Assembly (NCBI GenBank): GCA_965220085.1
Contig: CBDCOZ010000003.1
Span: 1,056,001 to 1,120,000 of the forward strand
Direction of reading: 5' to 3'
DNA: 64,000 nucleotides
Source: Candidatus Oxydemutatoraceae bacterium
Lineage (GTDB): Bacteria; Pseudomonadota; Gammaproteobacteria; Poriferisulfidales; Oxydemutatoraceae
Each line of letters opens with the position of its first letter. Position 1 is the first letter of the stretch. Below the pieces are notes generated by a model, which was given only the letters and a program-made list of their open reading frames with translations, ran no database searches and was not told where the DNA came from. Below, in pieces: positions 23,701-33,100 of this stretch. Both the position numbers and the translations under genes were made by a program.

Positions 23701-26670
23701 AATGTCTTGGAGAGCCTGACTGCGACAGACTCCGACGAGGATGCCAACACGATAGCGGAGACGGCGACTACGGGTACCGCGGTGGCCGGCATAGTTTTCG
23801 CGGCGACCGACGAAGGCGGCAGGCCGGTGACAGAAGGGCTGACTTGGAGCTTGGCGGCTGATCCGAGCGGCTTGTTTGCGATTAGCACCGGCGGCGAAGT
23901 GACATTGATTGGCACGGCGGACTACGAGACGACCCCGACCCACACGGTGATGGTTCAAGTCGCAAAAGGCGGCACCACTTCGTCGGCGGTCGCACTGACG
24001 ATAGATGTGACGAATATTCCGGAGACACTGACCGTAACAAATGCCGACAGCACGGGGACAGCCATGATTGCGGTCGCGGAGAACGCAATCATAGGCACCA
24101 GGGTGCCGGGCATCCGGCTTATCGTGACCGACGAAGCGGGCACGGAAGTGGCGGAAGGGCTGACTTGGAGTTCAACCAGCACCTTGTTTATGGTCAATCC
24201 GGCTACCGGCGTGATTGCGACAAGCGCCGCATTGGATTATGAGACTGCGACGAGCCACACGATAACAGTCACGGCGGCTTCCGGCGGTGTCAGCGGCAGC
24301 ATCGGCTTGACGATAGATGTGGAGGATGTGCTGGAGACGCTGGCGATTACAGACGACGATCCTGCCGCTAATACAATTCCCGAGAATGCGTCGATTGCCT
24401 CAGTGGCGGGTGTGGATTTGACCGTGGCGGATGAAGGCGGCAATCCCGTAACCGGAGTGGCCTGGGCCCTGACCGATAACGCCGGCGGCAGGTTTGAAAT
24501 CAATCCGAACTTTGACTTGATTACAGCGACAGCGCCGTTGGATTATGAATCATCGACAAACTTCGTGATAATGGTTCGCGCCACAAGCGACGGGGTGAAT
24601 TCCGCCTCGTTCCCGATGACGATAGAGGTGACGAATGTATTTGAGACCTTGAAAATTGTTGATAACAATGCCGCTGACAATACGATTGCCGCAAACGCCG
24701 ACACAGGCGCCATAGTTGACGGTGTTGAACTGGAGGCAATCCCTGACATCGACGAAGGTCGCTCCATAGCATGGATGTTGGTCGATAACTCCGAGGGGCT
24801 GTTCCAAATAGATGCGCACACCGGTGTCATCAGCCTGATGAGCGGCGGCGCGCTGGATTATGATGCGAGGCAGAGCCACACTGTGAGAGTGCAAGCTCAG
24901 GCAGTCGGCGGTCCTGAAGGCAGCGAGGATGTGCGGTCCAATGTGTTGGAAGTGATAATTGCAGTAGGGACAGACTACGACCGTGACGACGATAACCTGA
25001 TAGAAATCACGACACTGGAACAACTCGACGCGGTGCGCTACGATCTGGATGGCGACGGCAAGCCGTCTACGGGCAGCCAGACTGCTTATGAAATGGCATT
25101 CCCCGACGCCGCCGTTGCCATGGGTTGTGCCAGCGCCTGCACCGGATATGAATTATTGAACGGGCTTGATTTCGCCGCCACGACGAATACGGCATGGACA
25201 AGCGGCGAAGGTTGGGAGCCGATTGGCGATGGCGGCAATCACTTTACGGCGATATTCAATGGCAATGGCAATACGATTGCCAACCTGCATATCAACCGCA
25301 ACGCGGACAGCCAAGGCTTGTTCGGCGTGATTGGCGGCAATGGCACGGTAACAAATGTCGGCGTGACCGGTTCGGTGACTAGCGATGGCTATATTTACGC
25401 CGGCGGCTTGGCAGGCCGATCGTATGGCGGCGCGATAGAGCGGTCTTACTCAACAGTGTCAGTGAATATTGACGATGGGATAGCCGGCTCATTGCTGGGC
25501 TTTGGCACCGGCGGCGAGGTGCGCGCAAGTTATGCGACCGGCAATGTGCATAGCGGCGGTTCTTATGCGGGCGGTTTAATCGCCGGTACTAATGCTGACA
25601 GCAGGGCAGAGCATGTCTATGCAACCGGATATGTAAACGTGACCGATTCGGATCGTGGATTAGTTGGCGGTTTATTTGGCGCCTTCACTAATCGACTCAG
25701 CCTGATTAATTATGCTTACTCCACCGCGTTTGTTAATCCTACTGCGCGATTCAGAGGCGGTATCAGCGGAGGAAACGAGTCCAGTAACAGCATATTTGCC
25801 TCTGTTTATTGGGATACCGAAACCTCCGGTGTGACTGCTGCAGTCGGAGCGGGCGTTTCCGACGGTATCACGGCGCAGACAACCGCCGGATTGCAAACTC
25901 CGACAACCTACACCGGCATCTATGCCAACTGGAACGCGAATGATGCCGATGGCAATCCGACCGATTATTGGGACTTCGGTGAGAACGACGAATACCCGGC
26001 ATTGAAGATTGACTTTAACAACGACGACAGGGCGAGCTGGCAGGAGTTTGGTTGTCAGTTGCGCCAAGGCCCGATAGGGTTGGGAATTGCGCCTGGCAAT
26101 ACGGACACGGCAATATTGAACTGGACAGCGCCCGACACATCGCATTGTGCTAACGCGGGGATTACGTATCGCGTCTATCGTGGCGGGGTGGCGCTCGCAT
26201 CGACTGCGGCTGTAACATATACGGCGCCCGGGGCAACGGAAGGCGCCACATACTATGTCGCGGCGGTTATCAACGGCGGCGAGGCGAGTCGCTCCGCAAT
26301 AGCTTACAGTCCGCCCATCCCCCCGGCATTGACGATTGCGGATAGCAACGATGCTGACAATGCCATCGCCGGAGATGCGGCGGCAGGTACGGAGGTATCC
26401 GGCATTGAACTGATTGTGCGCGATGAGAACGGCGCGGATGTGACGGATGATGTGAGCTGGGAGTTGACCGATAACGCGGACGGCATGTTCGCAATAAACG
26501 CCGAGGGCGTAATCACTGTCGCAGGCGCGTTGACCGCAGGAGATCAAACGATAACGGTTCAAGCCGAAAGGGACGGAGTGACTTCGGATCCGTTTGAGTT
26601 GATAATAACTGTGGAAGCCAGCGTGCTGAGGTTGCGTCTGCGCCTCTTCTTGGAAGGCCCGTTGCGATAG
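11713..26670 (+). CDS. Giant secreted adhesin-like protein 1 (GLUG/Ca-binding modules, roughly 30 cadherin-like repeats, Cys-rich inserts, LEGPLR C-terminus)
   Basis: 4985-aa ORF; signal peptide RHRLLLGAFAIATTVLAYPVAA|Q (true start probably 11788-11809); three DYDxDDDxLIEI modules; cadherin hallmarks IAENA..GT, LFAI...G.I, LDYE; ends LRLRLRLFLEGPLR*. Confidence 0.9.
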   Translation: MPLPLFLRRRSNRRGRHACYFVCRFMRMGSKGVTGVRHRLLLGAFAIATTVLAYPVAAQTDYDSDDDGLIEITTLEQLDAIRFDFDGDGVPGESTPTYAEAFPDAADNMVQMGCPGGICSGYELMNDLDFDDPTSYAASTANTAWTSDAGWPAIGNATDSFSATFNGNGHTIANLHIDDSTRLQGLFGYVSGTVSNIGVTGAASVFTGGGVAGLLRDGTVERSYSTVSVNGDSSVGSLLGLLVPGTVRLSYATGVVFVSAGLGGASGGLLGASSDDDPSGSNKAEHVYATGFVDRDRGGANNSAGGLLGSPGLLELQYAYTTALVGGSGGQSGGLAGGNDDDFSATAVYWDTEASGRAVAIPSAAKTGVDGRTAAELQAPTTYAGIYANWDEGDTADYWDFGNASQYPALKIDFDNNSDASWEEFGYQLREGPRLREGLQRVTQDKIDFDLRWSAPDTSHWDSPPQISYRIYRDGSALEIGADDIGETLDANGDTVYSYADAGLSGDTVHIYHIAAVVGGGEPSRSAIVFEADYDRDDDGLIEINTLEQLNAIRWDPDGDGKPANASSRTYAEAFPGITDNTGCPDTCGGYELINDLDFEDPRSYAVADPLDYDWIDNPDDGNAEEGWPPISGFTATFNGNGHAVYNLYVSRNANDQGLFGSVSGTITNIGITGLIVSPVFFAGGLAGQLNNGGMIEKSYSAVAVEDGIWSGSLAGMMNGGAAVRLSYASGVVNASANAGGLLGVTLDALIPNTTTETLEHVYATGFVDASDAGNAGGLTATVGALRLKYIYATALVSGSGEGSSGLGGYDEAGFAATAVYWDTETSNQSVGVATRSGMPVTGVEGKTTAELQAPTTYTGIYANWDEGDTADYWDFGTAEQYPALKIDFDNNDMARWQEFGYQLREGPQNVEISAASATGITLSWTAPDTSHWDNPPSVTYALYRDGAPLSLAADAIAETADANGDVVYSYADLGASADTAYRYHIAATVNGGEPSRSYVFAGRLGVTDRDAALNTIAESGTTGTAVSGLRLSVTEMGAAPFGDVIWGLDDPTDTFGISAASAEIGLLASDTLDYASTRTYSVAVTATLDGTELPPLPLTINVLNDIENVRVQDDDPSPNRVLENTPIDTPISGLSLAAYEMPASGGSVELEQATWSLADNADFDPYTGGIFAIDAAAGTLTLVAAADYETSSQHSVWAVAAVTHPITGDVLRGGERFEVRVVNIPETLTIMDGDPAANTIAENATTGTAVTGIALQAHEDDLPLTGGADFRWELTDTAADLFAIDPVSGEITLVASGMLNYEDIGARTHSVTVRAVAGAVVSDDLELTISVLNVPDTLTIIDSDMNANTIAENAVANMPVTGIVLSASDEAGATVSAVTWSVASSPTDLFTIDAGGAVRLSASDTLDYETTTMHTIEVRGMADGIRSDTLSLTIVVTDFDETIVPPTVTDADPAANTIAENSTDTAVSGVALAAIRDGNQLSDITWILTDDADGLFVIATDTGVIKTATDRAPDYEAAVRHAVTAVAIAADGSIVALDLPIEVRNVPESLTIADSDTNANAIAENATTGTEVAGINLTVTDEGGDGVSGVSWSLESTPTGLFGIDTDGVITLAASGRLDYDAGARNHSVMVTAAAAGYQSATATLTINVTNVLEELKIANRSTGTTIALAEDATTGTGTVVPGIDLEVTDEADREVTEGLTWSLVTNPGNLFAISTTSGEITLAGKLNYEAATQHTVMVQAAKGEINSAPFSLTIRVTVSCAAPATLNSATNVCECSAPNVGMGSDCQAPSVQVCGALMPPKFFRETACVDFVFCDAPMVLDAMTNTCVPPQLRIADTAEGANEIAETATTDTEIAGVTLEAQYPAGVAVSGVTVTWGLSDNADGLFTIGSASGVITLAASGRLDYDAGARNHSVMVTAAAAGYQSATATLTINVTNVLEELKIANRSTGTTIALAEDATTGTGTVVPGIDLEVTDEADREVTEGLTWSLVTNPGNLFAISTTSGEITLAGKLNYEAATQHTVTVQAAKGEINSAPFSLTIRVTVSCAAPATLNSATNVCECSAPNVGMGSDCQAPSVQVCGALMPPKFFRETACVDFVFCDAPMVLDAMTNTCVPPQLRIADTAEGANEIAETATTGTEIAGVTLEAQYPAGVAVSGVTVTWGLSDNADGLFTIGSTSGVITLAASGRLDYDAGARNHSVMVTAAAAGYQSATATLTINVTNVLEELKIANRSTGTTIALAEDATTGTGTMVPGIDLEVTDEADREVTEGLTWSLVTNPGNLFAISTTSGEITLAGKLNYEAATQHTVTVQAAKGEINSAPFSLTIRVTVSCAAPATLNSATNVCECSAPNVGMGSDCQAPSVQVCGALMPPKFFRETACVDFVFCDAPMVLDAMTNTCVPPQLRIADTAEGANEIAETATTDTEIAGVTLEAQYPAGVAVSGVTVTWGLSDNADGLFTIGSASGVITLAASGRLDYDAGARNHSVMVTAAAAGYQSATATLTINVTNVLEELKIANRSTGTTIALAEDATTGTGTVVPGIDLEVTDEADREVTEGLTWSLVTNPGNLFAISTTSGEITLAGKLNYEAATQHTVMVQAAKGEINSAPFSLTINVLNVLEELKVANGGSGEIALAENATIDTVVPGIALEVTDEDDNTVSGVEWSLASAPSGLFAIGSTSGVITLAASGRLDYDAGARNHSVTVTAAAADYEPSTLTLIINVLNVLEELAISDSDAAAAMISEAAVFGSALTGVALTVSAEEGGTIPDLTWRLSRNPNRAFAIASTNGAITLAREGVLDFETAPSIDIEVIATPRNIRTEVPESNPFPITVTVTNALETLEVDDTARADNSISENAATGTAVAGVVLEATDEDANLVSGVTWILKSTPADLFTIDNNPGVIRLVAGGRLDFETTPSVAVMVQAAKGEIESAPLSLTIAVEDALENLTVRDSNADANRIAEDAATGTQVLGIALSASETDNPVSGVKWSLSDASGLFAIGADTGVISLIAGGSLDFATTPSVAVMVQAEKDEITSDPLDLTITVLDTDENIRIVDTAGDDLFAAIDEDAEAGDALSGLALVARDAAANVLTGVVWSLNDDADSRFAIATDTGVITVAGMLDYETTPTHTVVIRATHEGNSSDFVLQVNVGNVLETLAVTDSDDDANTITENATSGTAVSGIALRVTDEGSRPVTEGLDWILASDPSGLFAISTDGAITATAPLDYETTPTTHTVMVQVAKGDITSSAVELTIDVGNVLELLTVTDSDEDDNTIAETATSGTAVAGIALAVTDEGGRPVTEGLTWSLVTNPGNLFAISVSGGEIALAGEADYETTPTHVLRVAAAADGISDAIELTVEVQNALETLMISDRDDDANEIVENVATATAVSGIDLAALDEAGTEVTDGLVWRLTENADGRFAIDSDSGVITAGRAFDYETSTQTSFSVTVAVTKDGVDSAPLSLSIALRNVLESLTLEDINAAANGIDENALAGVAVSGISFVARDEAGNEVTAGLTWTLPESAGDLFVISNQGVISVTKVTSEALDAENVADYALQARVSKDGVDSNIADVPVVVRNLLEELTIANGGSGAIALAEDATTGAVVPGIALTATDEGGNAVSSATWSLTDASGLFAISADTGVISLIAANTLDYDIEALRSHTVRAQASKDGVVSGPFALTIDVTDVLETLQIVDNNPAEDTIIENAASGTAVSGIELAAENEAGDSVRDVLWSLTDNAGGLFAISTAGAITATAPLDHETTPTHAVIVRAEKDGINSAPFLLTIAVGDVLERLTVADGNADANRIAEDATSGTQVLGITLSASDEKSEAVTDVTWSLSDDAGGRFAISADTGVISLIADSGLNFATTPSVAVTVQAEKDGVHSAGFELPITVLEVNENVLIVDIEGDDAFATIDEDATTGTMLSGARLVARDADSAELMTGVTWSLSDAAGGLFAIATDTAVITLTGMLDYETTPTHTVVIRATHEGNSSNFVLQVNVGNVLESLTATDSDEDANTIAETATTGTAVAGIVFAATDEGGRPVTEGLTWSLAADPSGLFAISTGGEVTLIGTADYETTPTHTVMVQVAKGGTTSSAVALTIDVTNIPETLTVTNADSTGTAMIAVAENAIIGTRVPGIRLIVTDEAGTEVAEGLTWSSTSTLFMVNPATGVIATSAALDYETATSHTITVTAASGGVSGSIGLTIDVEDVLETLAITDDDPAANTIPENASIASVAGVDLTVADEGGNPVTGVAWALTDNAGGRFEINPNFDLITATAPLDYESSTNFVIMVRATSDGVNSASFPMTIEVTNVFETLKIVDNNAADNTIAANADTGAIVDGVELEAIPDIDEGRSIAWMLVDNSEGLFQIDAHTGVISLMSGGALDYDARQSHTVRVQAQAVGGPEGSEDVRSNVLEVIIAVGTDYDRDDDNLIEITTLEQLDAVRYDLDGDGKPSTGSQTAYEMAFPDAAVAMGCASACTGYELLNGLDFAATTNTAWTSGEGWEPIGDGGNHFTAIFNGNGNTIANLHINRNADSQGLFGVIGGNGTVTNVGVTGSVTSDGYIYAGGLAGRSYGGAIERSYSTVSVNIDDGIAGSLLGFGTGGEVRASYATGNVHSGGSYAGGLIAGTNADSRAEHVYATGYVNVTDSDRGLVGGLFGAFTNRLSLINYAYSTAFVNPTARFRGGISGGNESSNSIFASVYWDTETSGVTAAVGAGVSDGITAQTTAGLQTPTTYTGIYANWNANDADGNPTDYWDFGENDEYPALKIDFNNDDRASWQEFGCQLRQGPIGLGIAPGNTDTAILNWTAPDTSHCANAGITYRVYRGGVALASTAAVTYTAPGATEGATYYVAAVINGGEASRSAIAYSPPIPPALTIADSNDADNAIAGDAAAGTEVSGIELIVRDENGADVTDDVSWELTDNADGMFAINAEGVITVAGALTAGDQTITVQAERDGVTSDPFELIITVEASVLRLRLRLFLEGPLR
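16536..19555 (+). repeat. 858-bp (286-aa) near-identical intragenic tandem repeat, ~3.5 copies
   Basis: Shadow ORFs recur at 16629, 17487, 18345 and 19203 (period 858); unit = two cadherin-like domains plus an 8-Cys module. Confidence 0.95.
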
Positions 26671-26885
26671 CGCGAGTACCCCGCGGCGAAGGAGGGGAAT
26701 GTCAGGGGATGTACAAGGAATAAGGCGGGATACCCAAGGCATTCGGGCATTTCATAATCATCTGATAGACTGTCTGTTATGATTTAATACTTAACAACCA
26801 TATTACGGAGCGCTGTATGATATCAATGACACCCATCGCACAATATTTGATTCATGTGTCCAAGTATGTCTTGGCATCAGATGCC
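26671..26885 (+). mobile_element. Spacer paralogous to 11021-11605, including the IS481-like right-end relic
   Basis: Near-identical to 11021-11160 and 11530-11610, but with only a single partial copy of the 62-bp unit. Confidence 0.55.
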
Positions 26886-26896
26886 TTGCAATCCGA

Positions 26897-27140
26897 CGCC
26901 CGGCGAAACAACGAGAAACCGCCTTCAAGTCGCTCGCACAATCATGAAGGCGCTATCGAGCGCTACAACGCCCGGCGAAACAACGAGAAGCCGCCTTCAA
27001 GTCGCCCGCAAAATCATGAGGGCGTTGCCTTGCGCCGCAACACTCGGCGAAACAACGAGAAGCCGCCTTCAAGTCGCCCGCAAAATCATGAGGGCGTTGC
27101 CTTGCGCCGCAACACTCGGCAAAACAACGAGAAGCCACCG
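26897..27140 (+). repeat. 72-bp tandem repeat, ~3.4 units
   Basis: cggcgaaacaacgagaagccgccttcaagtcg... core at 26901, 26973, 27045 and 27117; one homologous copy at ~11615-11665. Confidence 0.9.
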
Positions 27141-27193
27141 CAAGACAATGAAGGAACTAATGAGAACTGTAATGCTGTGCATAATAACAGAAA

Positions 27194-30100
27194 ATGCCCC
27201 CCCCCCCCCCCCCCCCCTGTACGTACAAAGAGAATGATGGAAAGGGACAATACGCGAACCACTTTGTCTGCCGCTCCATGCGAAAGGGGAGCAAGAGGGT
27301 GACCGGCATTCGGCATCTGCTTGGCACACTCGCTATTGCGACGGCAGTTTTGGCACATCCCGTCGCGGCACAGACAGACTACGACACCGACGACGACAAC
27401 CTGATAGAAATCACCAAGTTGGAGCAACTCAATATGCTCCGTCACGACCTGGATGGCGACAGTTCTGTCGCCGCGGATGTTCTTGACGATTACCAGGCGG
27501 CATTTGTCGATTCCATCAGCGACATGGGTTGCCCGGACACGTGCATGGGTTACGAGCTCCGCGCCGATCTGGACTTCAACAACGACAACGACTACCGCGA
27601 CACCGACAACAAAAGCGCTTGGACCACCGGCGCCGGCTGGATGCCGATAGGCGATCTGGACTCCCCGTACGCCGCCGTACTCAACGGCAACGGCCACACC
27701 GTTCGCAACTTGCATATCGCTCGCGACAGGAGCGACCAAGGTTTGTTCGGCGTCATCAGCGGCGCGACGATTCGCAACATCGGCGTGACCGGGACAGTCG
27801 GCGCACTCGACAGCAACCGTATCGGCGGTCTGGTCGGCTACGGCAGCGACAGCGTGATAGCGGACAGCTACTCGGCGGTCGCGGTCGAAGGCGGACAACA
27901 TGTCGGTTCGTTGGCCGGCCTTACCGCGGCAGGCTCGGCCATCCGCCGCAGTTACGCCACCGGCAATGTCTATGCTAACTTTGAGTCGGGCGGTCTGCTC
28001 GGCGCGGACGACCACCGCGCGACGCCCGGAATCGTCGAGTACGCCTACGCCGCCGGCTATGTGGATCTGACCCGCGGCGGCGACATGGCGAGGGGCGGCG
28101 GCCTGATCGGCAACCTGGGCGATGTGCGCGTTCTATATAGCTACTCCGTCGCCCTGCTCAACCCGGGCGCAAGCGTAAGCGGCGGTATCGGCGGCATTGC
28201 CGATGACATATCTTGTCTGTCTTTTTCGTCTTCAATTCTTTCATCGTGTATTGATCCTACGGACGATGGCGACCGTCTTGCGGACATCGCCATAGCCATC
28301 GCCGTCTACTCGGATAGCGAGACATCGGGCAAGATCAATGCGCTCGGAACCTTTGTGCCGTCGCTCGCCGGCATCACCGGCAGGACGACCGCGCAACTCC
28401 AAAACCCGACCGCATACGCCGGCATCTATGCTAACTGGGACGACGATGGCAACGATTACTGGGACTTCGGCAGCGCCGAGCAATACCCGGCGCTGAAGAT
28501 TGACTTTGACAACGACGACACGGCGACTTGGCAAGAATTCGGTTATCAGTTGCGCGAAGGCCCGCGCTTCTTCAGAAAGCGCGGCAGCGGCGCCTCCAGA
28601 ACGCTGAGTTGGTCCGCGCCAATCACATCGCACTGGAGCAATCCGCCGCCGGTGACCTACGCCCTCTATCGTGACGGGGTGGCATTGAATGTCGGCGCGA
28701 ACGCAATCACAGAGCGCGTCGGCGCCGACGGCGTCACCGTCTATTCCCACACCGATAGCGGCTTGCGCGCCGACGCCGTCTACGATTACAACATCGCGGC
28801 TGTCATAAACGGCGGCGAAGCATCGCGCAACATCACAGAGCGCGTCGGCGGCGCCGCCGACTACGATCGCGACGACGACGGGCTGATAGAAATCACGACA
28901 TTGGAACAACTCGCCGCAATCCGCTACGACTTAAACGGCGATGGCGCCGTCGCCAGAGGGGCGTGGCCGGACTACGCGGCGGCCTTCGTCGATGCCATGG
29001 TCGGCATGGGTTGCCCCGGCGACTGTATCGGCTATGAGTTGCAAAACGATCTGGACTTCGACAACGACGATGACTACCGCGACCTCGCCAACAAAAGCGC
29101 TTGGACCGCCGGCGCCGGCTGGGCGCCGCTCGGAAGCGCTGACGAACCCTTTGCGGCGACGTTTGACGGCGGCGGTCACACGATCCGCTCCCTCTTCATC
29201 GCCCGCAGCGCGCAACGTCAAGGGTTGTTCGGATATGCCGTCAATGCGACGATCCGCAACGTCGGCGTGACCGGTTCCGTCGATGCGGATGACCATCTCT
29301 ATGTCGGCGGTCTGGTCGCGCAAAGCGACGCCGGCACGATAGAGGGCAGCTACTCGGCGGCGGAAGTCGAAGGCCGAGCCTATGTCGGTTCGCTGGTCGG
29401 CTTCGCCAGCGCCGGCTCTGCCATCGTGCGCAGTTATGCGACCGGCAACGCATATGCCGACACCGAAGCGGGCGGTTTGCTCGGCAGAGACAACCACCAC
29501 CGGGCGCGCGGAACCGTCACGCACAGCTACGCCACCGGCTATGTCGATGTCACCCGCGGCGGCAGCCTGGCGAGTAGCGGCGGTCTGATCGGCAACCTGG
29601 GCGATGCGGCGGTGCGCTACGGCTATGCCACCGGGCTGGTTCGCCCCGGCGACGCCAGCGGCGGCTTCGGCGGTATGCGTGACGATGCCGCCGAAGCCGT
29701 TGCCGTCTACTGGGACCGCGAGACCTCGGGCCGGAGCAACGCGCTCGGCCGAGGCGACCTCGCCGGCGTTGAGGGCAAGACCGCCGCCGAACTCCAAGCC
29801 CCGACGACCTACACCGGCATCTACGCCGGCTGGAATAGCGACGGCAGCGACTACTGGGACTTCGGCAGCGCCGAACAATACCCGGCGCTGAAGATCGACT
29901 TTGACGGCGACGGCACAGCGAGTTGGCAAGAATTCGGCTACCAGTTGCGCGAAGGCCCGCGCGATGCGACGGCGATACGCGTCGATCACGCCAACGTGCT
30001 GGTCTGGAACGCGCCCGATACAAGCCACTGGCCTTCGCTGTCAGCCGTCGCGTATGCCGTCTATCGCGATGGCGCGGTGATAAGCGAAGCGGAAAATATC

Positions 30101-33100
30101 CTCGCGACCACATACGTTGACACGGCGCGCACCGACGGCGTGACGCACGCTTATGTGGTGGCGGCGCTCGTCAATGGCGGCGAGGCGGCTCGCAGCGTGG
30201 CCGCACGTCCGCGAGCCGAAGACATTGATTACGATCGCGATGACGACGGTCTGATAGAAATCAACACACTGGAACAACTCAACGCCATCCGCTGGGACCC
30301 GGACGGCGACGGAAAGCCCGCGAACGCAAGCTCACGGACCTACGCGGAAGCCTTCCCCGGCATCACGGACAACACGGGTTGTCCGGACACTTGCGGCGGC
30401 TATGAGCTAATCAACGATTTGGACTTTGCAGACCCGCGCAGTTACGCCGTCGCCGACCCCTTGGACTATGACTGGATTGATAACCCCGACGATGGCAATG
30501 CGGAAGAAGGCTGGCCGCCGATTTCGGGCTTCGCGGCGACTTTCAACGGCAACGGCCATGCCGTTTACAACCTGTATGTCAGCCGCAATGCAAACGACCA
30601 GGGCCTGTTCGGTTCCGTTAGCGGCACGATTACAAACATCGGCATCACCGGTTTGATCGTGTCCCCGGTTTTCTTTGCCGGCGGCTTGGCGGGCCAGTTG
30701 AACAACGGCGGCATGATAGAGAAATCTTACTCTGCGGTAGCGGTGGAAGACGGCATATGGAGCGGTTCCTTGGCGGGCATGATGAACGGCGGCGCGGCGG
30801 TGCGACTGAGCTATGCGAGCGGTGTTGTCAACGCCTCTGCGAACGCCGGCGGCTTGCTGGGCGTCACTTTGGATGCGCTTATTCCTAACACGACCACAGA
30901 GACTTTGGAGCATGTCTATGCGACTGGCTTTGTGGATGCATCCGATGCCGGCAACGCCGGCGGCTTGACCGCCACAGTAGGGGCGTTGCGACTGAAATAT
31001 ATCTATGCCACCGCCTTGGTGAGCGGCAGCGGGGAGGGGAGCAGCGGTTTGGGCGGCTATGACGAAGCAGGCTTCGCAGCGACGGCGGTATATTGGGATA
31101 CCGAGACCTCGAACCAGAGTGTCGGGGTTGCCACGCGCTCGGGGATGCCTGTGACCGGCGTTGAAGGCAAGACGACCGCCGAGTTGCAAGCGCCGACGAC
31201 CTACACCGGCATCTACGCCAACTGGGACGAAGGCGACACCGCCGACTACTGGGACTTCGGCACCGCGGAACAATACCCGGCATTGAAGATTGACTTTGAC
31301 AATGACGGCACGGCGAGTTGGCAAGAATTCGGCTATCAGTTGCGCGAGGGCCCGCGGGGGGCGGCAATCTCCGCCGCGAACGCCCTGATCTGGAGCGCGC
31401 CGGATACCTCGCACTGGGACAATCCTCCGCCGATCAGCTACCGCGTCTATCGTGACGGCTTGGCGCTGAGCGCCGATAGCGCTTACTCTTATCTCGATGC
31501 GAGCGCATCCACCGGCACCGAGCATATCTACCATATCGCCGCGGTCGTGGGCGGCGGCGAGGCGGCTCGCACCGCGTTTGCGCATGCCTATGCGCGAGTC
31601 GGACGCGATTACGATACCGACGACGACGGTCTGATAGAGATCGCGACATTGGAACAACTCAACGCAATCCGCTGGGACTTGGACGGCGACGGGGCGCCCG
31701 CGAACGCAAGCTCACCGACCTACGCGGAGGCATTCCCTGATGCCGTTATCGGCATGGGTTGCCCGGACGATGTTTGCGCCGGCTACGAATTGATCAAGGA
31801 CTTGGACTTTGGCGATGCCGCCGACTACGCCTCGGGCACAGCGAACACCGATTGGACGAGCGGCGAGGGCTGGATGCCGCTCGGCGGCATCGCCGAAGGC
31901 TTTGCCGCCGTATTCAACGGCAACGGTCATACCGTCCGCAACCTGCATATCAGACGCAGTGCGTTCTATCAGGGCTTGTTTGGCATCGTCGGCGAGGATG
32001 TTCTGATAACAAATGTCGGTGTTACCGGTTCGGTCGATTCGAGTTACGACACACACCCGCTTGGCGCGCCGATTTACAACTGGCACACGGGCGGGCTGGT
32101 CGGCAACGTTAATAACAGCGCGATAGAAAACAGTTATTCCGCAGTGGCGGTCGCTGGCGGGGCGCGGGCCGGCTCTCTGCTCGGCTATGCCACGGATGCT
32201 TCGGCGGTGCGCCGCAGCTATGCCACCGGCGCCGTATACGCCGACTCCGAGTCGGGCGGTCTGCTCGGACGGGACTTTGACAGCCAAGCGCATGGCACGG
32301 TTGAGCATGCGTACGCGACCGGCTATGTGAACGTAACCCGTGGCTCGCTTGCCAGCAACGGAGGCGGCCTGATAGGCGTTCTGGGCAATGTGGCGCTCCG
32401 CTACGGCTATGCCACCGGTCTGATTCACCCGGACAGTCAATCGAGCGGCGGTCTGGGCGGCAGCGTTGAGGCGAGCGCCGTGGCTGCCGCTGTCTATTGG
32501 GATAGCGAGACCTCGGCCAAGACCAATGCGTTCGGGGAAGGCGCGCTCGCCGGCGTGAGCGGCAAGACCGCCGCCGAATTGCAAGCGCCGACGTCCTATG
32601 CCGGCATCTATGCCGACTGGAACGCGGCCGATGCCGACGGCAATGCGACCGACTACTGGGACTTCGGAAACGCTTCGCAATACCCGGCGCTAAAGATTGA
32701 CTTTGACAACGACGGCACGGCGAGTTGGCAAGAATTCGGCTATCAGTTGCGCGAAGGCCCGCGCTTGCGCGAGGGCCTGCAGCGCGTGACACGAGACGGG
32801 ATTGCCTTTGACCTGAGATGGAGCGCGCCGGACACCTCGCACTGGGACAATCCGCCGCAGATCGACTACCGCATCTACCGTGACGGCGCGGCCTTGGACA
32901 TCGGAGCCGATGACATCGCCGAGACCCGTGATGCGAACGGCGAGATTGTCTATTCTTATGCCGATACGGGTCTGTTTAACGGCACGGCGTATGCCTATCA
33001 CATCGCCGCGGTCGTCAATGGCGGCGAGGCGAGCCGCAGCGCGACCGCGGTTGAAGTTGACTACGACAGCGACGACGACGGTCTGATAGAGATTACGACG

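Noticed and set aside
26817-27302. CRISPR array or real small repeat proteins (ORFs at 26817 and 26854)
   Set aside because: The 72-bp units lack unique spacers; the ORFs stay open only because the unit is a multiple of 3, and the region is homologous to the non-coding leader of gene 1
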